A DNA stretch of 64,000 nucleotides from Myxococcales bacterium (GTDB taxonomy: Bacteria; Myxococcota_A; Polyangia; Polyangiales; DASUME01): the NCBI GenBank assembly GCA_047601445.1, contig JASGJH010000001.1, positions 2,816,001 to 2,880,000 of the forward strand, read 5' to 3'. The notes under the pieces were generated by a model, which ran no database searches, was not told where the DNA came from, and saw only the letters and a program-made list of their open reading frames with translations. This document shows, in pieces, positions 30,296 to 41,484 of the stretch. Position 1 is the stretch's first letter. Each line of letters opens with the position of its first letter. The position numbers and the translations under genes are program-made.

Positions 30296-31030
30296 TCACG
30301 AGGGACGCACGAAGTAGGACTGCCGGTGCCCTCGCGCTTCGAAGGTTCTCTGCATGGACACCGCCTTGGCGCGGCAGCGCAGGGTTTCCATGAGCACCTC
30401 GTTGCCATTATCGTCGAGGCGCCAGAGTTCCCAGCGCGGCAACACCGCGAGGGAGACCGCTGCATCCAGATGCACCAAGTCGGCATCATCGATAGCGAAT
30501 GTCTCGAAGACGTCGAGCACCGTTTCCAACAAATCGTCTGAGGCCAGCTTGCACACGGCGACCGTCGGAGGGTCACCATGGCCGGCAAGCGCCGCGCGAA
30601 GAAAGAGCGGTCGACCGGTAGCAGGGCACGCCACTTGGGCCCCTTCATACCAACCCAAGCCGTTGACCCAGAATCGGGCCGCTGATTCGCGTGCGCGCGC
30701 GCTCATCCAGTCAGATAGGTGGCCGGGAAGCAACGCGAAGGGAACGTCGCCTCCGCGGAAAGCTTCGCCTTCTGTGAGCCAACGAAGGTAGGCGCGCAGA
30801 TCCTGATCGCGAACCGTCGCCTCTTGGTCCAGGTGGTAGATGCTGTCGAATACTGTCGCTGCCGTACCGTGGCGTAGGAACGGACTTCCCTGTCCTGCCT
30901 GTTCGGGCCAAGTCGTACGGGCCCAAACCGCAACCTCTTCACGGCTCGAGCACCCTTGAAGCAGCCCGTCCAAGAGCTCGATCATCCTCCGCACCAGCAG
31001 TTGCTGCTCTGCGTGTCTGTCGGGAGTCAT
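30296..31030 (-). CDS. Hypothetical protein with small C-terminal DDNGN...FEARGH domain
   Basis: 244-aa ORF of globular composition; WELWRLDDNGNE...FEARGHRQSYFV. Confidence 0.6.
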   Translation of the reverse strand: MTPDRHAEQQLLVRRMIELLDGLLQGCSSREEVAVWARTTWPEQAGQGSPFLRHGTAATVFDSIYHLDQEATVRDQDLRAYLRWLTEGEAFRGGDVPFALLPGHLSDWMSARARESAARFWVNGLGWYEGAQVACPATGRPLFLRAALAGHGDPPTVAVCKLASDDLLETVLDVFETFAIDDADLVHLDAAVSLAVLPRWELWRLDDNGNEVLMETLRCRAKAVSMQRTFEARGHRQSYFVRPS

Positions 31031-31120
31031 GATGAGCGGGTCACAATCCTTCGAGTTCGTGGTTTTTGAAGCGACACATGCGGGAGAGTGGAGCGACGTC
31101 TCGCCAGCCAGCCCTCCCCT

Positions 31121-31501
31121 TCACACGGCACTCATGTGGCCTTCGAGCCGTCCTGCGATCGCGGCAATCTCTGCGCGCCCCACGATGATCTGGTCGATCA
31201 AGAATCGTTCGGCGTCGTCGGCGCTGACTCGCACGCGATAGCCGTTCATGCGCAAGAACACCATGCTCGATGCCCAGGCGACCCGCTTGTTGCCGTCGAC
31301 GAAGGCGTGGTTCATGGCGAAGCTTTGCAAGAGCGCAGCCGCTTGTTCGCTGAGACTGTTGTAGTAACCAGAGCGGGCGCGGGCGAGCGCGCTCTCCACC
31401 AACCCTTTGTCGCGCACACCCGGTGCGCCACCGTGGCGTGCGATCAAGGCAGTGTGCAGAGTGAGGACTTCCTCGAGGGAGAGGTAGAGGGTTGTGTCCA
31501 T
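31121..31501 (-). CDS. Type II toxin, death-on-curing (Fic/Doc) family
   Basis: GVRDKGLVESALAR and HAFVDGNKR Doc-type motif. Confidence 0.92.
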   Translation of the reverse strand: MDTTLYLSLEEVLTLHTALIARHGGAPGVRDKGLVESALARARSGYYNSLSEQAAALLQSFAMNHAFVDGNKRVAWASSMVFLRMNGYRVRVSADDAERFLIDQIIVGRAEIAAIAGRLEGHMSAV

Positions 31502-31503
31502 AC

Positions 31504-31719
31504 TCAGCGCGCCAAGCGCTCTAACAGCTCATCGTGATCTTGGAGGACCTCGTCCATCGCGGATCGAAACGCAGGTCGCACGTGAACACGGTCAAGGTAC
31601 TCCCGAACGGCATCGTCCAGCAGCGCCGAGATCGATCGTCCGCTCGCGTCCGCATGTTCACGCAACGACCGAAGGAGCTCTCGATCCATCTGCGACGCAA
31701 ACTTCTCAGCCTTTGCCAT
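31504..31719 (-). CDS. Ribbon-helix-helix antitoxin
   Basis: 71 aa, KFASQMDRELLRSLREHA..SGRSISALLDDAVREYL; ends 2 bp before the toxin start. Confidence 0.8.
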   Translation of the reverse strand: MAKAEKFASQMDRELLRSLREHADASGRSISALLDDAVREYLDRVHVRPAFRSAMDEVLQDHDELLERLAR

Positions 31720-32543
31720 CCCTCTAGCTTCCGATGCGACCAGGCCGCTTTCAAGACGTTTCATGAACTTTCTCGATTTGGACAAAATCCACATATTTAC
31801 GGCAACTTGAGATGATACTCGCCAACGATCGTGGCCCGGGGTTGGCCATCGCGCTGCCACAACCCAGGTTCGATAAACCGAGGGCTCGGGGGGCGCTGAG
31901 GCGAGTGGGCTCCCGGGGCGCAGGCCCTGGGCACCCGAGGGCACGAGTCCTGGTGGGGGCTCGTGCCGAGCTCAACTCACCGCGCGAGATCGCCGCGACT
32001 TCAGGGCCGAGGTTGGTGACAAAGCGATAGCCGTACTTTTGTGCCAGTAACCCCATGACTCCCTCTGCGTTCCCGCACCACGGCTCATTGGGATCGACGA
32101 GGTAACTCTTGCGATGGGTAGCGGGCAAAGAGCGCGCTGAGGCGAGTGAGGCTCGAGTGGGCTCCCTGAGCTGAGCCGCTCGCACGCGCGGTCTCGCCGA
32201 GGCGGGCCCGGATGACGTCTCGGAGCTGCCCGCGCCCGTCGGAGAGCTCGGACGAGACCAAGGACCTGCCCTGTCGGCGTAGCGTGGCGAGCACGGTTGC
32301 CGTTCGGCGCGCCGCTCCATGGACCCACGCCTGTACGTGACTGTCGAGGGAGGCGTGCAGGTGGGCGCACCACCTTCAGCGCCTTGGCGGATAGCTCACC
32401 TATCTAGCCCTTTTTTGCAACCGTCCTCGCGGACGCGCGCACCATCGGTACGTCGGTGGGATCTCGGTGGGCGCCCCAATGGGTGGCGGCTCGGGCCAGG
32501 ACCCGCACCGTAGTGAGAACCGGAGACGAACGCAGGGAGGCGA

Positions 32544-35500
32544 GTGGATATGAGCAGCAGCAAGCCGCAGCGTGAACAGGCTGCACCGTCGGGCTCAGCG
32601 TCGTCGCCTGCTCGGGCCCGCGGCGTGCCCCCCCCGCCTCCAGCATCGAACGACAACGCCTCGGCGCAGCAACAATCCGCGCAGACTTCCCAGACGCCTC
32701 GCGCAGTGGCGCCCTCGCGGGTCGACGATACGCGGGTCGATCCAAGCGCCATCACCGAGGCGCGGGCAGTGATTGCAGTGTGCGAGGCGGAGCTTGAATC
32801 CGACCCGGGGCCGACCCGAACGGTACAGCTTCAGATGCAGCTCGGCTGGGCGCACGAGCACATGCTGAACGACGTGTATGGTGCCTCGCATTGGTACGAG
32901 CAGTCCATCCTGATGAGCCCGGAGCATGTGCCGGCCATCACCGCGACGCGACGTGCGTACCTGGCCGCAGCTCGCACCAGCGAAGCGCTGCCATTGTTCG
33001 AGGTGGAGATGCGCTTCGCCCCGAGTGCGACGGACAAAGCGGCACTGGCCTACGAGAAGGGCTGGTGGCTGGAGCAGCTCGGAGAACGGGCGCAGGCGGG
33101 CGATGCGTATCGCGCCGCGCTGGAGCTCGAGCCACGGCACGCCGCGGCGCTCAAGGCGCTCGAGCGTCTGGCTAGCACCAACGAAAGTTTGGCGGAGCTT
33201 ACGCAGGTCTACGCGCAGCTCGGCAGCGCGCTGTCGGAGCCAGCACATCGGGCCGCACTGCTCGTACAGCGCGCAAGCTTGATAGAGGCGCACGGGCAGG
33301 ATCTGGAGCGCGCCGCCGAGTTGTACGAGGCGGCGTTGAAGCTCGATCCCCGCGCGGTGGGCGCACTCCCAGCGGTCGCAAGGATCTATCACGTCACGGC
33401 CCGCTACAGCGAGCTGGCGAGCGCGCTCGCGCGCCGGGCGGAACAGGCGGAGGATCCGGCAACGCGCGCGACCTTCTTGTGCGATCTCGCCCGCGTGAAC
33501 GCGGCGCGCTTCGGAAACGTACCCGAGGCCCTGGCTACGCTCGAACAGGCTCGGCAGGCCGTTCCGAATGACCCCCTCGTGCTCGAGGATCTCGCGCGGC
33601 TATACGAGCGCGCCCACCGCTACGCACCTCTGGCCGAGGTGCTCGGTCAGCTCGCTCAGCTTGCGCCCGACGCACAGACGCGCGTCGCCGTGCTGCATCG
33701 GCTCGGGCGCCTTTACGAGCACGAGCTCGATCGCGCCCAGGAAGCAGTCACCGCGTATCGCGCCGCCCTGCGAATCGTCCCAGCCCACGAGCCGAGCCTC
33801 CACGCCGTGGAAGGGCTGCTGCGAGATCAGGGGGACTTTCGTGAACTCATCCGAGTCTGGTCGGCGGCGGCGGACGCGGCCACCAGCGACTCCCAACGGC
33901 TGCGCGCGCACCTGTCGATCGCTGCCGTTGCCGACAGCCACCTCAAAGATGCGAGTTTGGCGCTCGCTCACTACGAGCGCGCACTCCTGCTCGCTCCCGA
34001 GAACACCACGGCTTTCTTGGCGCTCACGCGCCTATGTAGCCAGGCAGGCAAGCACCGCGAGCTGATCGCGCTCTATGAGCGAGCCATCAATCGCACGACA
34101 GACCTCGCTCGTCGCGTCAGCTATCTGTTTCGCGTTGCAGCCATCTACGAGCAGACACTCTCGGACCCGGCCCAGGCGGCGACCACCTATCGCCGTGTCC
34201 TCAAGCTCGTGCCTGATCATCTCGGCGCCATCCAAGGACTGGCAATCGCCGCCGAAGCCGCGGGCCTCTACCCTGAGGTCGTGGAAGCCCTCGAGCTCGA
34301 GCTAGGTCAAACCTCTGACCCGCACTACAAGCTCGCGCTGCTGAATCGACTCGGCAGCTTGCTCGCGCACCAGCTCGCCAATCCGGAGGGCGCCGCGTTG
34401 CACTTCCAGCGTGCGCTCGAGCTCGACGCCCACGACGCGACGGCACTCTCGGGCCTCGCGCAGATCCAGCATGCGAGCAGACGCTGGGAGGACCTGCTTG
34501 GCACCTATCGGATCCAGTCCGAGAGCATGCCGAGCGGTCTCGTCCGCGCCGATCTTCTGTTCAAGATGGGAGAGCTCGCAGAGACACAGCTCGGACGGAG
34601 CGACGTGGCGCTTACGTATTATGAGGCGGCGCTCGTCGACATCCCCGGACACGACCCCTCGCTCCGTGCGCTCGGACGCGTGCTCACGGATCGCGGTGCC
34701 TTCCAGCAGCTCGCGACGATCCTGGCAGCACAGGCTGAGTTCGTGCGCGTCCCGCGCAGCAGGGCGCAGGTGCACTACCGCGTGGGCCAGGTGCAAGAGG
34801 ACCAGCTCGCAGACGCAGCCGCGGCCCTCGTGGCCTATCGAGCATCGCTGGCGGCGTGCGCGAGCTACCGGCCATCACGTGAGGCCGTGCTCCGGCTCGC
34901 GGACAGCCAGGGGGAAAGCGAGTCACTTCTGCCGCTGCTGCAGGAAGAATCTGCGAACCAAGGGGCGGACGGCGCAGCCGCGCTGCTGCGTAAGGCGCAG
35001 GTTTACCGCGACAAGCTGCGCGACGCGCGACGGGCGACCGGAACATTCGAGGCGCTGCTCGGAACGGTCCAGGGCCAACTGCCAGCGCTGCTGGCCCTCG
35101 AGCCCCTGCACACGGCGGCGGGAAACCGCGATGCACTGGTGAACCTCTACGCGCTGGAGGCCTCACAATTCAAGGACGCAGAGGCACGGCTCAGTGCGTT
35201 GAAGGAGCTGCTTCGCATCCAGATGGCTCAGCCAGACGATGCCGCAGCTCGAACCACCCTCGACCGGCTACTCGCATTGTCCCCCGATGACTCATTCGCA
35301 CTCTCGCTGCTCGAGCACTTCGCCGCCAAGCACGCCGACGCGGAATTGCGGGCTCGCGTCGACGAGCGCTGCGCGGAGCGAACGAACGACGCACGCCTCG
35401 CGGCCGATCGCCATGCGAGCCTCGCGTTCTACTTCGAGCAACAAGGCCGGAAGCGTGAAGCACTCGCACGTTACAAGGCCGCGCTCGCGCAACACGCCGA

Positions 35501-37647
35501 GCACCTCCCCTCCATCTTGGGCCTCGGCCGTACCGCGCAGGTGCTGGGCGACGCGGCGGCCGTTGCGGAGGCGAAGAGCCGGCAAGCCGCATTCACCGTG
35601 CAGCCCGCGCGTGCCGCGGACCTCCTGGTGGAGGAAGCCCACATCCGGTTCAAAAGTTTGAACGAAGCCGAGGCCTCGATTGACCTGCTGCTGCGCGCAC
35701 TCGTCTTGTTCCCCGAGCATGAGCAGGCGGCGCGCAGGCTCACGGAACAACTTCTGGTGCGCGGCGAGGTGGAGCGACTCGTGAAAGCGCTCGAGAACGC
35801 CGCCCATGCGGCGCGTGTACCGGAGCGCGTGAGCACCCTGTGGACGTCCCTTGGCGAGCTCCAGAGCCAGCGGCTCGCGAACGTCCCCGCCGCCATTACG
35901 GCGCTTGAGCGCGCAGACGCTGTGCAGCCGCACGACGCGCGCACCTTGGCAAGGCTCGCGGAGCTGTACATCGAGAACCGTCAATGGAGCGACGCCGTCC
36001 GCACGCTCGACGACGTGGTCAGCCTGTCGCTCGACGAACGAGAGCTGCTCGCCGCTCGCCTCAAACTGATCGACGTCTGGTCGAACCACCTACACGACGC
36101 GCACAAGGCTTCGACGTTCCTCGACGCGGTGCTGTTGGTCCGACCTGACCACCCCGAAGCGCTGGGCCTCTTGGTTGACATGCAGTGCAAGGCCGGAGAC
36201 CTCGACCTCGCGCTCCAGACCGCGCACCGCTTGGTCTTGGCCAGCCAGGGCCCCGCTCGCGCTGCAGCGCTCATGCGCCTGGCGAACATCGAGCGCGAGC
36301 GCGGCAACGAATCGTCCTACTTTCAGACGCTTTACCAGGCGGTGCACCTTGCGGGCGCGCGCACCGAGGCGGCCGCCGAGCTGCAACGGGTCGCGAACAC
36401 CCCCTCGCTCGCCAAAGCCTACGCGGACGCCCTCGAGGGCTTCCTCCAGGCGAGCGGCCCCGACGCCGACGTGGCAAGTTACCTGGAGCTCGCACGCATT
36501 CAGGCGGAAGTGTTGCAGTGGGGACAGCAAGCGATCGAGACGCTCGCGCGCGGCCTCGAGCGCACGCGTGGGGCCTCCGCTATCGCTGCCGCATTGACCA
36601 AACGCCTCGAGCTCGCAGGACGCCACGACGAAGCCCTCAAGTTCGTACACACGGCATTGCTCAAGGACGTGACCAGCGCCGACCTGTGGCGTGAGCTCGC
36701 GAGCAACCTGGAAAAAGCCAAGCGCAGGACCGAAGGGCGGCTGGCGCTCGCGGCGCTCGAAGTGCTCGGATGCGCCACAGAGGCCGAGCGCAAGGCCGCC
36801 GAGGCAGCCCGCGCGCAGCTCGCTCCGCCGAGCCCGGGGAGTTTCGCGCGCGCGACCCTGAACGCGCTCGGCGAGGGAGCTCTGGTCAGTCCCGCGATGC
36901 GCGTGCTGGAGGCCTTGATCGATCCCATCTCCAAGCTTCATCCCGTCGATCTCAGCGCACTCGGCCTGGGCAAGCAGGAGCGCATCGGCGGCCGATCCCT
37001 CGACACGCTCAAGCCCCTGATCGACAGTGCCGCGATGCGCTTCGGAGTGAGCGACCTGGTAGTCTACGTGAGCGAGGCGCGACCCGCGCTGGCGCAGGTC
37101 CTTCCTAGCGTCCCGCCCACGCTCGTGCTCTCGCGCGAGATTCGAGCTCCTGACCGAGAACGAGCAGAGCTTCATCGTCTCGCGCGCCATCGCTGCAATC
37201 GCAGGACGCTTCCATCCCGCGCTCACACTGCCCGTCGAGGAGCTCGCCCGGCTCTTCGCAGCGGTGGGCCACACCGTGCAGCCGGGGTTTGGACAGAACC
37301 TGGCGAGCCCCCAGGCCATCGAGGAGCAGGCCCAGCAGCTGCGCAAGGCGTTCTCCTGGCTGGCCTCGCGCAAATCCCTCGACGAAGCCGCCGCCGCCTT
37401 CGTCCAGGCCCCCCTCACGGATCTCGCTGACTGGGTGCGCACACTCGAGCAGACCGCTGCGCGCGCCGCGGCCGCCGCGGTCGGTGATCTTCCCGCCGCT
37501 ATCCGCGTGCTCATGCGTGAAGCGGGAGCCGACCCACGCGACCCGTCCGCGTTCGTACGCGCACACCCGACCGGGCGAGCGTTGTTGCAGTTCTGGGGTT
37601 CGGGCGGCGCCGCTCAGGCACTACGCCACACAGGTATGCTCGACTGA
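32544..37647 (+). pseudogene. Giant TPR-repeat protein (~1700 aa) with a +1 frameshift near 37140-37150
   Basis: Many TPR units (AYRAALELEPRH, YERALLLAPEN); after PPTLVLSRE the sensible sequence LTENEQSFIVSRAIAAIA continues in the frame of ORF 37264-37647. Confidence 0.8.
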
Positions 37648-37734
37648 TTCGCCCCGATCCTCCCACGAGGCATCGGTTGAGACTACCTGCTCGAGGTAGT
37701 CGTGATTGATGCCCGGATGGGCATGGACGATTTG

Positions 37735-37841
37735 TCGGGTCCGGGCCCCGCTCCGTCGTCGATCCAAGCGTCGAGTGCCTCCAAGCTATTCCCCTCGAGC
37801 ATGCCCGCCTGCGGCATTGGGTCGAGCTCGTCGTGGATACG
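37735..37841 (-). repeat. 107-bp orphan near-duplicate of 43627-43733 (fragment of the cytochrome c/monooxygenase gene)
   Basis: 6 mismatches in 107 bp by manual alignment; encodes RIHDELDPMPQAGMLEGNSLEALDAWIDDGAGPGPD. Confidence 0.9.
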
Positions 37842-37842
37842 T

Positions 37843-39048
37843 TTACTCCTGCACGTCATGCTCGAGTGTCGCCTGGAAGGGCATGGTCCACGGCGTCGCC
37901 GGGCACACCGTCCCCGTGGTCCATGTGTTGACCGTCACCGTTCCCGTGATCACCGACCCGAGGTCGCCATACGGGTTCAGCGTCACGGAGGCGTCCCCGT
38001 CGGCAGACGCGGCGCACTGGCCCGTCCACGCTGCATACATGAAGAGCGTACCGGCACCGGTCGGGTAGGTGCCGCCGGAGGTGTCGTCGTCTTTGTGAAT
38101 GAAGAGCTCTACGTCATGCTCGTCAGCACTCAGGCTCCCGTCTGGCTCGAAGCCATTGACCAGCGAGACGATCAGTATTTGGTTGAGAACGTTGTAGCGT
38201 GCGTAGACACGCGGCGTGTAGAGGACCTCGCTGCCTTCGCTGTAGCGGGTGCCGTCGAGCTCGAACCAGTCTCCCTGGCTTCCCGAGTTTCCGGTGAGGT
38301 CATCGGCTTCATGGGCGATCTCGAAGGAGCCGGCAGTGGGCGTGGCCGGACAGGAGCCCTTGAACGCGTCCCACTCGGTCACGATGTACGAACCGATGGC
38401 CTTGTGGCCAATCCCTTCGTCCGTGATGGACACCGTTCCGGACTTCGCGGCGCATGACCGCTCCGACGTTCCCGGGCTTCCGTCGTGCACAGTGACCGCT
38501 GCGTTTCCATGGGCCCATTCGGCCGCAATGGTGTACTCGCCGGTCATCGTCGTGCCGCCGTCGGTGTACACGCGTACGGAGGCAAGGTCGCGGTAGCCGT
38601 TCTCAGGTGACGACCAGGTCGTTTGAACCGTCACCAGACCGTAGGGCAGCCAGGCAGCGCGATGGTGAGACACGCTCACGACCGGATCGAAGCCATCTGG
38701 GCTGAGCTCCGAGGGCGTTTGCATGTAGGTGGTATCGCCGACCGAGAACGTACTCACGAAAAGCGGGCCCGCGTCGCGCGTCGCCCCGTCCGCGCCGCCG
38801 TCTTCGACACTTCCGCCGTCCCCTGACGTATCGGCGTCCATTTCGCCGCCACCATCCGCGCGAGACGTGTCGGCGTCGGGTGGGTGGCCATCACCGTCGC
38901 CGGGCGACACGCCCGAATCGGTCAGCGCACTGCCGCTATCTGCGCCAGATTCGCGGGTCGTCGAGTTGCCAGAATCGGCACACGCAATCGTCGCACACGA
39001 AGTAAGGGCCAAGCACACACGAGCCCAAGAAACCGACGCAACTGCCAT
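37843..39048 (-). CDS. Putative lipoprotein with two internally similar beta-rich domains
   Basis: Hydrophobic leader ending TIAC; acidic DSG/DGG linker; repeated G.Y...CAA.....VTxW....CPATP. Confidence 0.65.
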   Translation of the reverse strand: MAVASVSWARVCLALTSCATIACADSGNSTTRESGADSGSALTDSGVSPGDGDGHPPDADTSRADGGGEMDADTSGDGGSVEDGGADGATRDAGPLFVSTFSVGDTTYMQTPSELSPDGFDPVVSVSHHRAAWLPYGLVTVQTTWSSPENGYRDLASVRVYTDGGTTMTGEYTIAAEWAHGNAAVTVHDGSPGTSERSCAAKSGTVSITDEGIGHKAIGSYIVTEWDAFKGSCPATPTAGSFEIAHEADDLTGNSGSQGDWFELDGTRYSEGSEVLYTPRVYARYNVLNQILIVSLVNGFEPDGSLSADEHDVELFIHKDDDTSGGTYPTGAGTLFMYAAWTGQCAASADGDASVTLNPYGDLGSVITGTVTVNTWTTGTVCPATPWTMPFQATLEHDVQE

Positions 39049-39100
39049 CGCTCGGGATCGTAACGGGTGCGCGCCCGGGTTCCTAGTGGGAGGGTGACGG

Positions 39101-39661
39101 TCATCGCTTCGTCGCGAGGTGAGCGAGTTCGGCCGCGAACGCGTCATCCAGCGGAGCGTGGCCGACCAGGAGTCGGTACCACATGGCTCCGAACACCATG
39201 TCCACCATCGCCGTGGCAGTGGTGTCAGGATGGGCCTGCGCGAGCAGAGCGTGCAGACTCTCACGTCGCCCTTCGATCAGGTTCTTGCGGAAGGCCTGCT
39301 GGAACTCCGGGTCCAGTTGAGCCTCTGCCATCAGTCCCTTGAGCACCGGTGCCAGCGTCTTTTTGCCACGCAACAGCTTGAACGTGGCCACGAGGAAGCG
39401 CGTCACGTCGGCCAGCGCGTCTCCGCTCGGAACGGCGGGGACCTCGCTGCGGGCGCTCTCACCGAGCGCCTCGAGCAGCACCTCGGCCTTGGAGCGCCAC
39501 CAGCGGTAGATCGTCTGCTTGCCGACCCCCGCGGCGAGCGCGATGCCGTCGATGGTCAGGTTTCCGTAGCCGTGCTCACGCAGCAGTTCCAGGGCAGCCG
39601 TGAGGATGGCGCCGCGTGCTTCCTCGCTGCGTTTTCGGCCGGCACGGTTGAGCTCGTTCAT
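39101..39661 (-). CDS. TetR/AcrR family regulator
   Basis: TIDGIALAAGVGKQTIYRWWRSKAEV; GAMWYRLL. Confidence 0.93.
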   Translation of the reverse strand: MNELNRAGRKRSEEARGAILTAALELLREHGYGNLTIDGIALAAGVGKQTIYRWWRSKAEVLLEALGESARSEVPAVPSGDALADVTRFLVATFKLLRGKKTLAPVLKGLMAEAQLDPEFQQAFRKNLIEGRRESLHALLAQAHPDTTATAMVDMVFGAMWYRLLVGHAPLDDAFAAELAHLATKR

Positions 39662-39691
39662 GGAGGAACAGCATAGATTGAGCGCGAGGCC

Positions 39692-39743
39692 TTGACGAGA
39701 CGAATCGTCTCGTTATTATCATTTCGAGACGACGAGACTCGAA
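39692..39743. promoter_or_regulatory. TetR operator palindromes overlapping the SDR promoter
   Basis: Perfect 9-1-9 palindrome ACGAGACGA-A-TCGTCTCGT (39695-39713) within TTGACG-16bp-TATTAT; second imperfect site 39722-39743. Confidence 0.75.
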
Positions 39744-39797
39744 ATGGAACATCGAGAGTCTTCGTCGCGACACCCAGAGCCGAGAAGTGAGGACATC

Positions 39798-40511
39798 ATG
39801 GAAGCACAGACCATCATCGTGTTCGGCGGGAGTTCGGGAATCGGCGAGGCCACCGCACGCCTCGCGGCCGCCAAGGGCGCGCGCGTGGTGATCGTGGGCC
39901 GGAATCCGGAGAAGCTGGAAGCGGTGCGTTTGCGTACGCCGGGCCGAGTCGTCGCTGCAGCCGTCGATGGCTCGGACCGGTCTGCGGTCGACCGCTTCTT
40001 CGCTGTCCAGGGGCCATTCGACCACCTGGTGTTGTCGCTCAGCGGCTCGAAGGGCGCGGGTCCTTTCGCATCGCTCGATCTCGCCGCATTGCGAGAAGGG
40101 TTCGAGGAGAAGCTGTTTCCACAGCTGTCGGTGGCACAGGCCGCGTTGCCTACGCTGCGCGAAGGCGGTTCACTCACCTTCATCTCGGCCTCTTCGGCGC
40201 GCTCGGCGATGCCGGGCACGGCGGGACTCGCCGCGATCAATGCAGGCGTGGAAGCCGTGGTGCCCGTCCTGGCACGCGAACTCGGGCCGACGCGCGTCAA
40301 CGCCGTGTGCCCAGGCGTCATCGACACGCCGTGGTGGGAGCGCCTCCCGCGTGAAGCACGTGACGCGTTCTTCGCAGACGCCATCGAAAAGTTGCCAGTC
40401 CGTAGAGTCGGCAAGCCCGAGGACGTGGCAGCGATCGTGTTGAGCCTGGTGCAGAATGGCTTCGTCACCGGCTCGGTGTTCGAAGTCGATGGAGGGGGGC
40501 GCCTGGTCTAG
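39798..40511 (+). CDS. Short-chain dehydrogenase/reductase (atypical, lacks YxxxK)
   Basis: GGSSGIG, RVNAVCPGVIDT, VTGSVFEVDGG; LAAIN at the YxxxK position. Confidence 0.9.
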   Translation: MEAQTIIVFGGSSGIGEATARLAAAKGARVVIVGRNPEKLEAVRLRTPGRVVAAAVDGSDRSAVDRFFAVQGPFDHLVLSLSGSKGAGPFASLDLAALREGFEEKLFPQLSVAQAALPTLREGGSLTFISASSARSAMPGTAGLAAINAGVEAVVPVLARELGPTRVNAVCPGVIDTPWWERLPREARDAFFADAIEKLPVRRVGKPEDVAAIVLSLVQNGFVTGSVFEVDGGGRLV

Positions 40512-41398
40512 CGACGTGCCCAGGCTGCCTGGCAGCTGTCCTTGCGATACACGACGAGATTGTTGTCGTCCTGCATGGACAGGAAGGCACCGGTATTGCC
40601 GTTGGTCTTGGTGCTCCAGGCGGCGGCGCCGTCTGGCTTGTAGATGACAAGGTTGCCGTCGCTCTGCATGATGACCTTGCCGGGCGGTACGCCCTGGGTG
40701 CCGCTGGCCCAGAGCGCCTTCTTGGTGGGCGAGAGCGCGTACACGACGAGGTTACCGTCGGTCTGGTAGATGAGCTGATACGTATTGTTCGGGGACTGGA
40801 ACGACGTGCCCGCCGGCATGACGCTGCCGCTCTTGAGCGTGATGCCCTTGATGGCCCCGCATGCGCTGGTGCCGAGTGCGGCAGCATCCGGGAGCGTCGG
40901 CGTCGTGGTTGCGGGAGGTGGCGTGGTTGCGGCCTTGGCTGCCTGCTGGACCGTGAACGTCACGGTGTTGGGGGAGTAGGAAGCCTTTGCCGTGATGACA
41001 GCCGTGCGTGCGGCGCCGGTGTTGGGCAGGACCGTGTAGCGATAGCCGATTCCTCCTGGAATCGCGCCCGTGTTCGTGAGGTCGGTCAACATGTCGGAAT
41101 CTTCGCTGAGCGTGGCCCCACACCCGCTGGTCATCCACATCAGCAGCACGAACGTGCCGCCTTCGGCGGGGACCGGCTGAGCCCCGATGCCCTGATCCCC
41201 GCGCACGAGTTGGGGTAGCCCGCACTGAATCTGACCGCCGAGCCGCTGGGCCGACCTGGCCGGCCGGGACGTGCGCTGGGGCGCGCGTGAGAGATCCGTG
41301 GAGGTAGGCTTCCCGACCGAGGTCGAGCTCGCGTGGGCGTGAGCGAGCGACGCGACCCCCAGAAACAGTAGCAAACCGACGATTGACCCGTTCTTCAT
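40508..41398 (-). CDS. Secreted bulb-type (B-type) lectin with BACON-like N-terminal domain
   Basis: Signal peptide AHA; QTDGNLVVY, QSDGNLVIY, QDDNNLVVY; YTVLPNTGAARTAVIT...FTVQQAA. Confidence 0.85.
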   Translation of the reverse strand: MKNGSIVGLLLFLGVASLAHAHASSTSVGKPTSTDLSRAPQRTSRPARSAQRLGGQIQCGLPQLVRGDQGIGAQPVPAEGGTFVLLMWMTSGCGATLSEDSDMLTDLTNTGAIPGGIGYRYTVLPNTGAARTAVITAKASYSPNTVTFTVQQAAKAATTPPPATTTPTLPDAAALGTSACGAIKGITLKSGSVMPAGTSFQSPNNTYQLIYQTDGNLVVYALSPTKKALWASGTQGVPPGKVIMQSDGNLVIYKPDGAAAWSTKTNGNTGAFLSMQDDNNLVVYRKDSCQAAWARR

Positions 41399-41484
41399 AT
41401 CGCCTGGTGTACGGGCTCTCGCAAGCCAGGGCTATCCACTTTGCGAAAGTATCTTGCTTGCGCTGGCGCCGTCTTGGCGTGACT

